Source: Auanema rhodensis (lineage: Eukaryota > Animalia > Nematoda). Taken from it: a stretch of 64,000 nt of DNA. Numbering within the stretch: the stretch's first letter is position 1; every line of letters starts with the position of its first letter. A model generated the notes under the pieces. The model was not told where the DNA came from. It saw only the letters and a program-made list of their open reading frames with translations, and ran no database searches. Location of the stretch: positions 10,292,001 to 10,356,000 of the forward strand of contig OZ059895.1 of assembly GCA_964057225.1 (NCBI GenBank), written 5' to 3'. Both the position numbers and the translations under genes were made by a program. This document shows positions 1 through 11,319 of the stretch, piece after piece.

Positions 1-630
1 ATATCAGATACACCAAATGCCATTAAATTATTCAAGTATAAGTTTGCGGGATTTGAGTTAGATGATGGGAGTTTAGGTATCCAGTTCTTAGCCACGTTGA
101 CAGGTTTTGCTCTCGATACGTTTCGGTCAATAAGTGACACTAAGACATTCGAGGAAAGGATTGAGACTCTGAAACAACTACTGCAGCATTAGTTCTCTAT
201 GTTTGAGGTAAGTGAAGAAAGGAGACTGAGGGATGCTGTGGACAGATGTTATAATTTTGCGTTACCAGAACAACGGGCGAAAACCAAGGTTTTTGCTTTG
301 TTCGCTCAGATTGAGTCATTTGAAGGAGCGTATATGTTGGAGCAGTTGCTACACACAAAAGATTTCTCAGCAGCATAAGCATCTCTACGCAGTTGGGCAT
401 TGTCAAAAGAGCAGTGCAAGAAAATCAGGTACGTATCTAAAGGAAGATCGGAACAACCCAGTTGGAGGAAACCGGAACCCCCGATACAAGTTAGAAGCTG
501 TTTCACGTGTGGCGAAGTAGGCCACCCCAAGTTTACGTGCAAATCGAAGGAACCCCGTAATGTAAGTCTCATTGACATGGAAATGGTCGTTGTAGAAAAT
601 AAGATAGACCAAGAGAACTATTACAAGTAA
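1..630 (+). pseudogene. gag: gag pseudogene (capsid-like region plus nucleocapsid zinc knuckle)
   Basis: Frame 1 is continuous from base 1 to TAA 628-630 apart from two in-frame stops (TAG 190-192, TAA 376-378). It contains LTGFALDTF (gag-like L.G.A motif, inferred) and the CX2CX4HX4C knuckle. Confidence 0.8.
499..540 (+). other. CCHC zinc knuckle CFTCGEVGHPKFTC
   Basis: Exact CX2CX4HX4C spacing within ORF 400..630. Confidence 0.95.
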
Positions 631-900
631 ACGGGATCGATGGCGTAGATTTGTTGAATAGTGGCGCCGCAGTCACATTAGTTCCCCTCTCAATAGTAGA
701 GGATTGTAAGTCATGGATTGTACCATGCACAGAAGCTCCCACCGGCGTACGAGGGACAAAGATCGATATCTTAGGTAAATTAATCTGTAACATATATCAT
801 CCTTACACAGGCAGATCAGCTAGAATCGCATGCTATGTATGAAAGACGTGCTGCAGAGAAATTATCTTGGGATTTAATGCATTTGAGGCTTTAGGTCTGC
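603..900 (+). pseudogene. Retropepsin-like aspartic protease, inactivated
   Basis: Frame 3 reads RPRELLQVNGIDGVDLLNSGAAVTLV...CYV*KTCCREIILGFNAF. The catalytic DSG appears as NSG (AAT at 657-659), there is an in-frame TGA at 840-842, and the IILG motif is present. Confidence 0.85.
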
Positions 901-1225
901 ATATCGTAAGCATCCCAAAAGAGGATAGGCATCAAGAGATCTCTGACGTGGTAAACTCGATCTCCATGAGCACCGATCATAAAGAAAATTTAAAAGGAGT
1001 GAGTACGAATGAGGTGCCGGCTGAACTAACAGGAAAACTAACGAGTTTGTTAAAAAGTCACGCTCCAGTTTTTGCTTCAAATCCTGGATTTTTGGGAAAA
1101 ATCAAAGTTAAGCCCGCACAGATAGATACAGGCACAAGCTCTTCATTTGCTCTTAAAGTTCAACAAGTTCCGATGAGTCTACGCCAAGAGTTAACTACGT
1201 TATTAGATTTAGAGAGAAGGAAAAT

Positions 1226-1780
1226 ATTACGGAGCGATCCACCTCTCCTTGGACTTCTCCAATCGTACTGGTCAGAAAAAAAGATAAGAATCTACGCCTA
1301 TGCGTAGATTACAGGGAGCTAAATAAAATAATCGTACCAGACCGGTACCCCCTACCAAATATTGAAGTCACTTTACAGTGCCTTGAGAACTACAGGTATT
1401 TTTCATCGGTTGATTGCTTTCAAGGGTTTTGGCAAATCCCTTTAGCAAGTTCCGCAAAGCCTAAAACGGCTTTTATAACACATAAAGGGCTGTATCATTT
1501 CAACAGGTTGTCATTTGGATTGGCAAACAGTCCTGCCATCTTCCAGAGGGGCAGGACTGAAAGGATCCAAGATACATCCATACCTGGATGACGTCATAAT
1601 AGCTACCGTCACGGCTGAGCGACATATCCAAGTACTGGATATCCTATTCACTGTTTTTGAGAAATTTGGTGTACAGCTAAAGCCCTCCAAATGTGAATTC
1701 TTCAAGAAAAACTTAACAGTTTTAGGCCACGTTTTATCAGCGGAAGATATACGGACAGATCCAGAAAAGGTAAGAGCTAT
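1226..1780 (+). pseudogene. pol: Reverse transcriptase (Ty3/Gypsy type), frameshifted
   Basis: Frame 2 from ~1226 (missed by the ORF track): STSPWTSPIVLVRKKDKNLRLCVDYRELNKIIVPDRYPLPNIE...FSSVDCFQGFWQIPL...KTAFITHKGLYHFNRLSFGLANSPAIFQR. It shifts near 1550 to frame 3: AGLKGSKIHPYLDDVII (YLDD 1581-1592)...KPSKCEF...LGHVLS. Confidence 0.95.
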
Positions 1781-2030
1781 TGAGGAGTACCCGGTCCCAA
1801 AAACAGTCACCGTATTGTCCTTTTTGGGATCTCTTTCCTACTATAGGAAGTTCATTGAAAGTTTTGCAGCAAAAGCGAAACCCCTTTACAATCTCTGTAT
1901 ACAAGGGGAAAAGTGGGTGTGGACTTCCATGCAGGAAGAAGCTTTTCAGACATTGAAAAAGAAACTCATTGAAGCACCATTTCTTATTCAGCCTAACATA
2001 GAAGAAGCGAGATGCGGAAATAAACCATTC

Positions 2031-2212
2031 ATGGTATATACGGATGCTAGTATTAATATTAATTAATATTAATAACTAATATATTAGGAGTAGGAGGAGT
2101 GCTCACACAAGAAGGAAAAGATGGCAAGTTTCATCCAATAGCTTTTTGTTTACGTACATTAACACCGTTAGAAAAGAAGTATTGCATTACGGATCTAGAG
2201 GCTTTGGCCATT
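2031..2212 (+). pseudogene. pol: RNase H N-terminal part, interrupted by an insertion and truncated
   Basis: MVYTDAS (2031-2051), then a 29-bp insert, then ILGVGGVLTQEGKDGKFHPIAFCLRTLTPLEKKYCITDLEALAI (2081-2212), then satellite. Confidence 0.92.
2052..2080. other. 29-bp AT-rich palindromic insertion
   Basis: Removing 2052-2080 restores the DAS-IL-GVGGVL frame. 2051-2074 TATTAATATTAATTAATATTAATA is a perfect 24-bp palindrome. Confidence 0.85.
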
Positions 2213-2380
2213 TGTGCTAACAAAATTTGTTATAGCTTTTCAATCAACTAATTCTTAGTTAATAGAGATGTAGCACGTACTTCTAGGACAGGAAATAAAA
2301 TTTGTAGAATATTTAATTTTTCATAAAAATCAAACGAAATATCAAGTTGAACCCACCGCAAAACATGATTACTATGGATA
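2213..2380 (+). repeat. Representative A monomer (168 bp)
   Basis: TGTGCTAACAAAATTTG...GATGTAGCACGTACTTCTAGGACA...AAACGAAATATCAAGTTGAACCCACCGCAAAACATGATTACTATGGATA. Confidence 0.95.
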
Positions 2381-2548
2381 TATGCTTACAAAACCTAATT
2401 TATATTATCAAATAGTTAATTTTGAGTTGAATGAGATGTTGCACGTATTTCTAGGGCTAAAAATAAACATTTAAAAAATTTTAATTTTTCATAAAAATCG
2501 AACAAAATAGCAACTTGAGCCCGCCGGAAAATATGATTAATATGGTTC
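2381..2548 (+). repeat. Representative B monomer (168 bp, sub-family B1)
   Basis: TATGCTTACAAAACCTAA...GATGTTGCACGTATTTCTAGGGCT...GAACAAAATAGCAACTTGAGCCCGCCGGAAAATATGATTAATATGGTTC; about 41/168 mismatches to A with no gaps (hand count). Confidence 0.95.
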
Positions 2549-5500
2549 TGTGCTAACAAAATTTGTTATTTCTTTTCAAACAACTAATTCTTAGTTAAAT
2601 GAGATGTAGCACGTACTTCTAGGACAAGAAATAAAATTTGTAGAATATTTAATTTTTCATAAAAATCAAACGAAATATCAAGTTGAACCGGCCGCAAAAC
2701 ATGATTACTATGGATATATGCTTACAAAACCTAATTCATATCATCTAACAGTTCATTCTGAGTTAAGTGAGATGTTGCCCGTAATGTTAAGACTGAAAAT
2801 AAAAGTAATACATTATTTAGTTTTTCTTAAAAATCGAACAAAATAGCAACTTGAGCCCGCCGTAAAATATGATTAATATATTTCTCTGCTAACAAAATTT
2901 GTTATACCTTTTCAAGCAACTAATTCTTAGTTAAATGAGATGTAGCACGTACTTCTAGGACAAGAAATAAAATTTGTAGAATATTTAATTTTTCATAAAA
3001 ATCAAACGAAATATCAAGTTGAACCCACCGCAAAACATGATTACTATGGATATATGCTTACAAAACCTAATTCATATCATCTAACAGTTCATTCTGAGTT
3101 AAGTGAGATGTTGCCCGTAATGTTAAGACTGAAAATAAAAGTAATACATTATTTAGTTTTTCTTAAAAATCGAACAAAATAGCAACTTGAGCCCGCCGTA
3201 AAATATGATTAATATATTTCTCTGCTAACAAAATTTGTTTTACTTTTTTAATCAACTAGTTTTTAGTCGAATGAGATGTAGCACGTACTTCTAGGACAAG
3301 AAATAAAATTTTTAGAATTTTTAATTTTTCATAAAAATCAAACGAAATATCAAGTTGAACCCGCCGCAAAACATGATTACTATGGATATATGCTTACAAA
3401 ACCTAATTCATATCATCTTACAGTTCATTCTGAGTTAAGTGAGATGTTGCCCGTAATGTTAAGACTGAAAATAAAAGTAATACATTATTTAGTTTTTCTT
3501 AAAAATCGAACAAAATAGCAACTTGAGCCCGCCGTAAAATATGATTAATATGGTTCTGTGCTAACAAAATTTGTTATACCTTTTCAATCAACTAGTTCTT
3601 AGTTAAATGAGATGTAGCACGTACTTCTAGGACAAGAAATAAAATTTTTAGAATTTTTAATTTTTCATAAAAATCAAACGAAATAGCAAGTTGAACCGGC
3701 CGCAAAACATGATTACTATGGATATATGCTTACAAAACCTAATTCATATCATCTTACAGTTCATTCTGAGTTAAGTGAGATGTTGCCCGTAATGTTAAGA
3801 CTGAAAATAAAAGTAATACATTATTTAGTTTTTCTTAAAAATCGAACAAAATAGCAACTTGAGCCCGCCGTAAAATATGATTAATATGGTTCTGTGCTAA
3901 CAAAATTTGTTATACCTTTTCAATCAACTAATTCTTAGTTAAATGAGATGTAGGACGTACTTCTAGGACAAGAAATAAAATTTTTAGAATATTTCATTTT
4001 TCATAAAAATCAAACGAAATATCAAGTTGAACCCGCCGCAAAACATGATTACTATGGATATATGCTTACAAAACCAAAATTATATTATCAAACTGTCGAT
4101 TTTCAGTTGAATAAGATGATGCACGTATTTCTAGGGCTAAAAATAAACATTTTAAAATTTTTAATTTTTCATAAAAATCGAACAAAATAGCAACTTGAGC
4201 CCGCAGGAAAATATGATTAATATGGTTCTGTGCTAACAAAATTTGTTATAGCTTTTCAATCAACTAATTCTTAGTTAAGTGAGATGTAGCACGTACTTCT
4301 AGGACAGGAAATAAAATTTGTAGAATATTTAATTTTTCATAAAAATCAAACGAAATATCAAGTTGAACCCACCGCAAAACATGATTACTATGGATATATG
4401 CTTACAAAACCTAATTTATATTATCAAATAGTTAATTTTGAGTTGAATGAGATGTTGCACGTATTTCTAGGGCTAAAAATAAACATTTAAAAAATTTTAA
4501 TTTTTCATAAAAATCGAACAAAATAGCAAATTGAGCCCGCAGGAAAATATGATTAATATGGTTCTGTGCTAACAAAATTTGTTATACCTTTTCAAGCAAC
4601 TAATTCTTAGTTAAATGAGATGTAGCACGTACTTCTAGGACAAGAAATAAAATTTGTAGAATATTTAATTTTTCATAAAAATCAAACGAAATATCAAGTT
4701 GAACCCACCGCAAAACATGATTACTATGGATATATGCTTACAAAACCTAATTTATATTATCAAATAGTTAATTTTGAGTTGAATGAGATGTTGCACGTAT
4801 TTCTAGGGCTAAAAATAAACATTTAAAAAATTTTAATTTTTCATAAAAATCGAACAAAATAGCAACTTGAGCCCGCCGGAAAATATGATTAATATGGTTC
4901 TGTGCTAACAAAATTTGTTATTTCTTTTCAAGCAACTAATTCTTAGTTAAATGAGATGTAGCACGTACTTCTAGGACAAGAAATAAAATTTGTAGAATAT
5001 TTAATTTTTCATAAAAATCAAACGAAATATCAAGTTGAACCCACCGCAAAACATGATTACTATGGATATATGCTTACAAAACCTAATTCATATTATCTAA
5101 CAGTTCATTCTGAGTTAAGTGAGATGTTGCCCGTAATGTTAAGACTGAAAATAAAAGTAATACATTATTTAGTTTTTCTTAAAAATCGAACAAAATAGCA
5201 ACTTGAGCCCGCCGTAAAATATGATTAATATATTTCTGTGCTAACAAAATTTGTTTTACTTTTTTAATCAACTAATTCTCAGTGTAATGAGATGTAGCAC
5301 GTACTTCTATGGACAGAAAATAAAAATTTTAGAATTTTTAATTTTTCATAAAAATCAAACGAAATAGCAAGTTGAACCGGCCGCAAAACATGATTACTAT
5401 GGATATATGCTTACAAAACCTAATTCATATCATCTCACAGTTCATTCTGAGTTAAGAGAGATGTTGCCCGTAATGTTAAGACTGAAAATAAAAGTAATAC

Positions 5501-8500
5501 ATTATTTAGTTTTTCTTAAAAATCGAACAAAATAGCAACTTGAGCCCGCCGTAAAATATGATTAATATATTTCTCTGCTAACAAAATTTGTTTTACTTTT
5601 TTAATCAACTAGTTTTTAGTCGAATGAGATGTAGCACGTACTTCCAGGACAAGAAATAAAATTTTTAGAATTTTTAATTTTTCATAAAAATCAAACGAAA
5701 TAGCAAGTTGAACCGGCCGCAAAACATGATTACTATGGATATATGCTTACAAAACCTAATTCATATCATCTCACAGTTCATTCTGAGTTAAGAGAGATGT
5801 TGCCCGTAATGTTAAGACTGAAAATAAAAGTAATACATTATTTAGTTTTTCTTAAAAATCGAACAAAATAGCAACTTGAGCCCGCCGTAAAATATGATTA
5901 ATATATTTCTCTGCTAACAAAATTTGTTATACCTTTTCAATCAACTAATTCTTAGTTAAATGAGATGTAGCACGTACTTCTAGGACAAGAAATAAAATTT
6001 TTAGAATATTTCATTTTTCATAAAAATCAAACGAAATATCAAGTTGAACCCGCCCCAAAACATGATTACTATGGATATATGCTTACAAAACCTAATTTAT
6101 ATTATCAAATAGTTAATTTTGAGTTGAATGAGATGTTGCACGTATTTCTAGGGCTAAAAATAAACATTTAAAAAATTTTAATTTTTCATAAAAATCGAAC
6201 AAAATAGCAAATTGAGCCCGCAGGAAAATATGATTAATATGGTTCTGTGCTAACAAAATTTGTTATACCTTTTCAAGCAACTAATTCTTAGTTAAATGAG
6301 ATGTAGCACGTACTTCTAGGACAAGAAATAAAATTTGTAGAATATTTAATTTTTCATAAAAATCAAACGAAATATCAAGTTGAACCCACCGCAAAACATG
6401 ATTACTATGGATATATGCTTACAAAACCTAATTTATATTATCAAATAGTTAATTTTGAGTTGAATGAGATGTTGCACGTATTTCTAGGGCTAAAAATAAA
6501 CATTTAAAAAATTTTAATTTTTCATAAAAATCGAACAAAATAGCAACTTGAGCCCGCCGGAAAATATGATTAATATGGTTCTGTGCTAACAAAATTTGTT
6601 ATTTCTTTTCAAGCAACTAATTCTTAGTTAAATGAGATGTACCACGTACTTCTAGGACAAGAAATAAAATTTGTAGAATATTTAATTTTTCATAAAAATC
6701 AAACGAAATATCAAGTTGAACCCACCGCAAAACATGATTACTATGGATATATGCTTACAAAACCTAATTCATATCATCTAACAGTTCATTCTGAGTTAAG
6801 TGAGATGTTGCCCGTAATGTTAAGACTGAAAATAAAAGTAATACATTATTTAGTTTTTCTTAAAAATCGAACAAAATAGCAACTTGAGCCCGCCGTAAAA
6901 TATGATTAATATATTTCTCTGCTAACAAAATTTGTTATACCTTTTCAAGCAACTAATTCTTAGTTAAATGAGATGTACCACGTACTTCTAGGACAAGAAA
7001 TAAAATTTGTAGAATATTTAATTTTTCATAAAAATCAAACGAAATATCAAGTTGAACCCACCGCAAAACATGATTACTATGGATATATGCTTACAAAACC
7101 TAATTCATATCATCTAACAGTTCATTCTGAGTTAAGTGAGATGTTGCCCGTAATGTTAAGACTGAAAATAAAAGTAATACATTATTTAGTTTTTCTTAAA
7201 AATCGAACAAAATAGCAACTTGAGCCCGCCGTAAAATATGATTAATATATTTCTCTGCTAACAAAATTTGTTTTACTTTTTTAATCTACTAGATTTTAGT
7301 CGAATGAGATGTAGCACGTACTTCTAGGACAAGAAATAAAATTTGTAGAATATTTAATTTTTCATAAAAATCAAACGAAATATCAAGTTGAACCCACCGC
7401 AAAACATGATTACTATGGATATATGCTTACAAAACCTAATTCATATCATCTAACAGTTCATTATGAGTTAAGTGAGATGTTGCCCGTAATGTTAAGACTG
7501 AAAATAAAAGTAATACATTATTTAGTTTTTCTTAAAAATCGAACAAAATAGCAACTTGAGCCCGCCGTAAAATATGATTAATATATTTCTCTGCTAACAA
7601 AATTTGTTTTACTTTTTTAATCTACTAGATTTTAGTCGAATGAGATGTAGCACGTACTTCTAGGACAAGAAATAAAATTTTTAGAATTTTTAATTTTTCA
7701 TAAAAATCAAACGAAATAGCAAGTTGAACCGGCCGCAAAACATGATTACTATGGATATATGCTTACAAATTTTTTTCGGTATTTCTAGGGCTAAAAATAA
7801 ACATTTTAAAATTTTTAATTTTTCATAAAAATCGAACAAAATAGCAACTTGAGCCCGCCGGAAAATATGATTAATATGGTTCTGTGCTAACAAAATTTGT
7901 TATAGCTTTTCAATCAACTAATTCTTAGTTGAATGAGATGTAGCACGTACTTCTAGGACAGGAAATAAAATTTGTAGAATATTTAATTTTTCATAAAAAT
8001 CAAACGAAATATCAAGTTGAACCCACCGCAAAACATGATTACTATGGATATATGCTTACAAAACCTAATTTATATTGTCAAATAGTAAATTTTGAGTTGA
8101 ATGAGATGTTGCACGTATTTCTAGGGCTAAAAATAAACATTTTAAAAATTTTAATTTTTCATAAAAATCGAACAAAATAGCAACTTGAGCCCGCAGGAAA
8201 ATATGATTAATATGGTTCTGTGCTAACAAAATTTGTTATACCTTTTCAAGCAACTAATTCTTAGTTAAATGAGATGTAGCACGTACTTCTAGGACAAGAA
8301 ATAAAATTTGTAGAATATTTAATTTTTCATAAAAATCAAACGAAATATCAAGTTGAACCCACCGCAAAACATGATTACTATGGATATATGCTTACAAAAC
8401 CTAATTCATATCATCTAACAGTTCATTATGAGTTAAGTGAGATGTTGCCCGTAATGTTAAGACTGAAAATAAAAGTAATACATTATTTAGTTTTTCTTAA

Positions 8501-11319
8501 AAATCGAACAAAATAGCAACTTGAGCCCGCCGTAAAATATGATTAATATATTTCTCTGCTAACAAAATTTGTTTTACTTTTTTAATCTACTAGATTTTAG
8601 TCGAATGAGATGTAGCACGTACTTCTAGGACAAGAAATAAAATTTTTAGAATTTTTAATTTTTCATAAAAATCAAACGAAATAGCAAGTTGAACCGGCCG
8701 CAAAACATGATTACTATGGATATATGCTTACAAAACCTAATTCATATCATCTCACAGTTCATTCTGAGTTAAGAGAGATGTTGCCCGTAATGTTAAGACT
8801 GAAAATAAAAGTAATACATTATTTAGTTTTTCTTAAAAATCGAACAAAATAGCAACTTGAGCCCGCCGTAAAATATGATTAATATATTTCTCTGCTAACA
8901 AAATTTGTTATACCTTTTCAATCAACTAATTCTTAGTTAAATGAGATGTAGCACGTACTTCTAAGACAAGAAATAAAATTTTTAGAATATTTCATTTTTC
9001 ATAAAAATCAAACGAAATATCAAGTTGAACCCGCCGCAAAACATGATTACTATGGATATATGCTTACGAATTTTTTTCGGTATTTCTAGGGCTAAAAATA
9101 AACATTTAAAAAATTTTAATTTTTCATAAAAATCGAACAAAATAGCAACTTAAGCCCGCCGGAAAATATGATTAATATGGTTCTGTGCTAACAAAATTTG
9201 TTATACCTTTTCAATACACTAATTCTTAGTTAAATGAGATGTAGCACGTACTTCTAGGACAGGAAATAAAATTCTTAGAATATTTAATTTTTCATAAAAA
9301 TCAAACGAAATAGCAAGTTCAGCCCGCCGCAAAACATGATTACTATGGATATATGCTTACAAAACCTAATTTATATTGTCAAATAGTAAATTTTGAGTTG
9401 AATGAGATGTTGCACGTATTTCTAGGGCTAAAAATAAACATTTTAAAATTTTTAATTTTTCATAAAAATCGAACAAAATAGCAACTTGAGCCCGCCGGAA
9501 AATATGATTAATATGGTTCTGTGCTAACAAAATTTGTTATAGCTTTTCAATCAACTAATTCTTAGTTGAATGAGATGTAGCACGTACTTCTAGGACAGGA
9601 AATAAAATTTGTAGAATATTTAATTTTTCATAAAAATCAAACGAAATATCAAGTTGAACCCACCGCAAAACATGATTACTATGGATATATGCTTACAAAA
9701 CCTAATTTATATTGTCAAATAGTAAATTTTGAGTTGAATGAGATGTTGCACGTATTTCTAGGGCTAAAAATAAACATTTTAAAAATTTTAATTTTTCATA
9801 AAAATCGAACAAAATAGCAACTTGAGCCCGCAGGAAAATATGATTAATATGGTTCTGTGCTAACAAAATTTGTTATACCTTTTCAAGCAACTAATTCTTA
9901 GTTAAATGAGATGTAGCACGTACTTCTAGGACAAGAAATAAAATTTGTAGAATATTTAATTTTTCATAAAAATCAAACGAAATATCAAGTTGAACCCAAC
10001 GCAAAACATGATTACTATGGATATATGCTTACAAAACCTAATTCATATCATCCAACAGTTCATTCTGAGTTAAGTGAGATGTTGCCCGTAATGTTAAGAC
10101 TGAAAATAAAAGTAATACATTATTTAGTTTTTCTTAAAAATCGAACAAAATAGCAACTTGAGCCCGCCGTAAAATATGATTAATATATTTCTCTGCTAAC
10201 AAAATTTGTTTTACTTTTTTAATCAACTAGTTCTTAGTCGAATGAGATGTAGCACGTACTTCTAGGACAAGAAATAAAATTTTTAGAATTTTTAAAAATT
10301 TCATAAAAATCAAACGAAATAGCAAGTTGAACCGGCCGCAAAACATGATTACTATGGATATATGCTTACAAAACCTAATTCATATCATCTAACAGTTCAT
10401 TCTGAGTTAAGTGAGATGTTGCTCGTAATGTTAAGACTGAAAATAAAAGTAATACATTATTTAGTTTTTCTTAAAAATCGAACAAAATAGCAACTTGAGC
10501 CCGCCGTAAAATATGATTAATATAGTTCTCTGCTAACAAAATTTGTTTTACTTTTTTAATCAACTAATTTTCAGTTGAATGAGATGTAGCACGTACTTCT
10601 AGGACAAGAAATAAAATTTTTAGAATATTTCATTTTTCATAAAAATCAAACGAAATATCAAGTTGAACCCACCGCAAAACATGATTACTATGGATATATG
10701 CTTACAAAACCTAATTTATATTGTCAAATAGTAAATTTTGAGTTGAATGAGATGTTGCACGTATTTCTAGGGCTAAAAATAAACATTTTAAAATTTTTAA
10801 TTTTTCATAAAAATGGAACAAAATAGCAACTTGAGCCCGCCGGAAAATATGATTAATATGGTTCTGTGCTAACAAAATTTGTTATACCTTTTCAATCAAC
10901 TAATTCTTAGTTAAATGAGATGTAGCACGTACTTCTAGGACAAGAAATAAAATTTTTAGAATATTTCATTTTTCATAAAAATCAAACGAAATATCAAGTT
11001 GAACCCGCCGCAAAACATGATTACTATGGATATATGCTTACAAATTTTTTTCGGTATTTCTAGGGCTAAAAATAAACATTTAAAAAATTTTAATTTTTCA
11101 TAAAAATCGAACAAAATAGCAACTTAAGCCCGCCGGAAAATATGATTAATATGGTTCTGTGCTAACAAAATTTGTTATACCTTTTCAAGCAACTAATTCT
11201 TAGTTAAATGAGATGTAGCACGTACTTCTAGGACAAGAAATAAAATTTGTAGAATATTTAATTTTTCATAAAAATCAAACGAAATAGCAAGTTGAACCGG
11301 CCGCAAAACATGATTACTG

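Larger units (their letters stand above)
1..2212 (+). mobile_element. Degenerate Ty3/Gypsy-like LTR retrotransposon internal region (gag-PR-RT-RH), 5' end outside the window, truncated within RNase H
   Basis: Hand translation gives domains in Ty3/Gypsy order: CCHC knuckle (499-540), protease L-L-[N]SGA...IILG, RT motifs SPW..PIVLVRKKD..LRLCVDYRELN / FGLANSPAIFQR / YLDD, RNase H YTDAS..GVGGVL..HPIAF..LEALAI. No integrase precedes RT, which excludes Ty1/Copia order. Multiple stops and frameshifts. Confidence 0.95.

Noticed and set aside
590-630. Programmed -1 gag-pol frameshift
   Set aside because: Protease is -1 relative to gag, but there is no clear XXXYYYZ slippery site in the 603-630 overlap, and the element has several other indels, so decay is simpler.
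197-1810. Minus-strand and alternative-frame ORFs over the retroelement
   Set aside because: Shadow ORFs of gag/pol with no motifs.
2331-2362. CENP-B box-like motif (CGAA ... CCCG/CCG)
   Set aside because: Order and spacing do not fit TTCG-N4-A-N2-CGGG on either strand.
2451-2460. Telomere-like CTAGGG in B monomers
   Set aside because: A single imperfect hexamer, not tandem.
2213-2548. Satellite as a tandem RNA gene array (5S, SL RNA, tRNA) or derived from the adjacent retroelement
   Set aside because: No recognisable 5S, SL or tRNA sequence or pol III boxes, and no visible similarity to bases 1-2212. An origin from the unseen LTR cannot be tested here.
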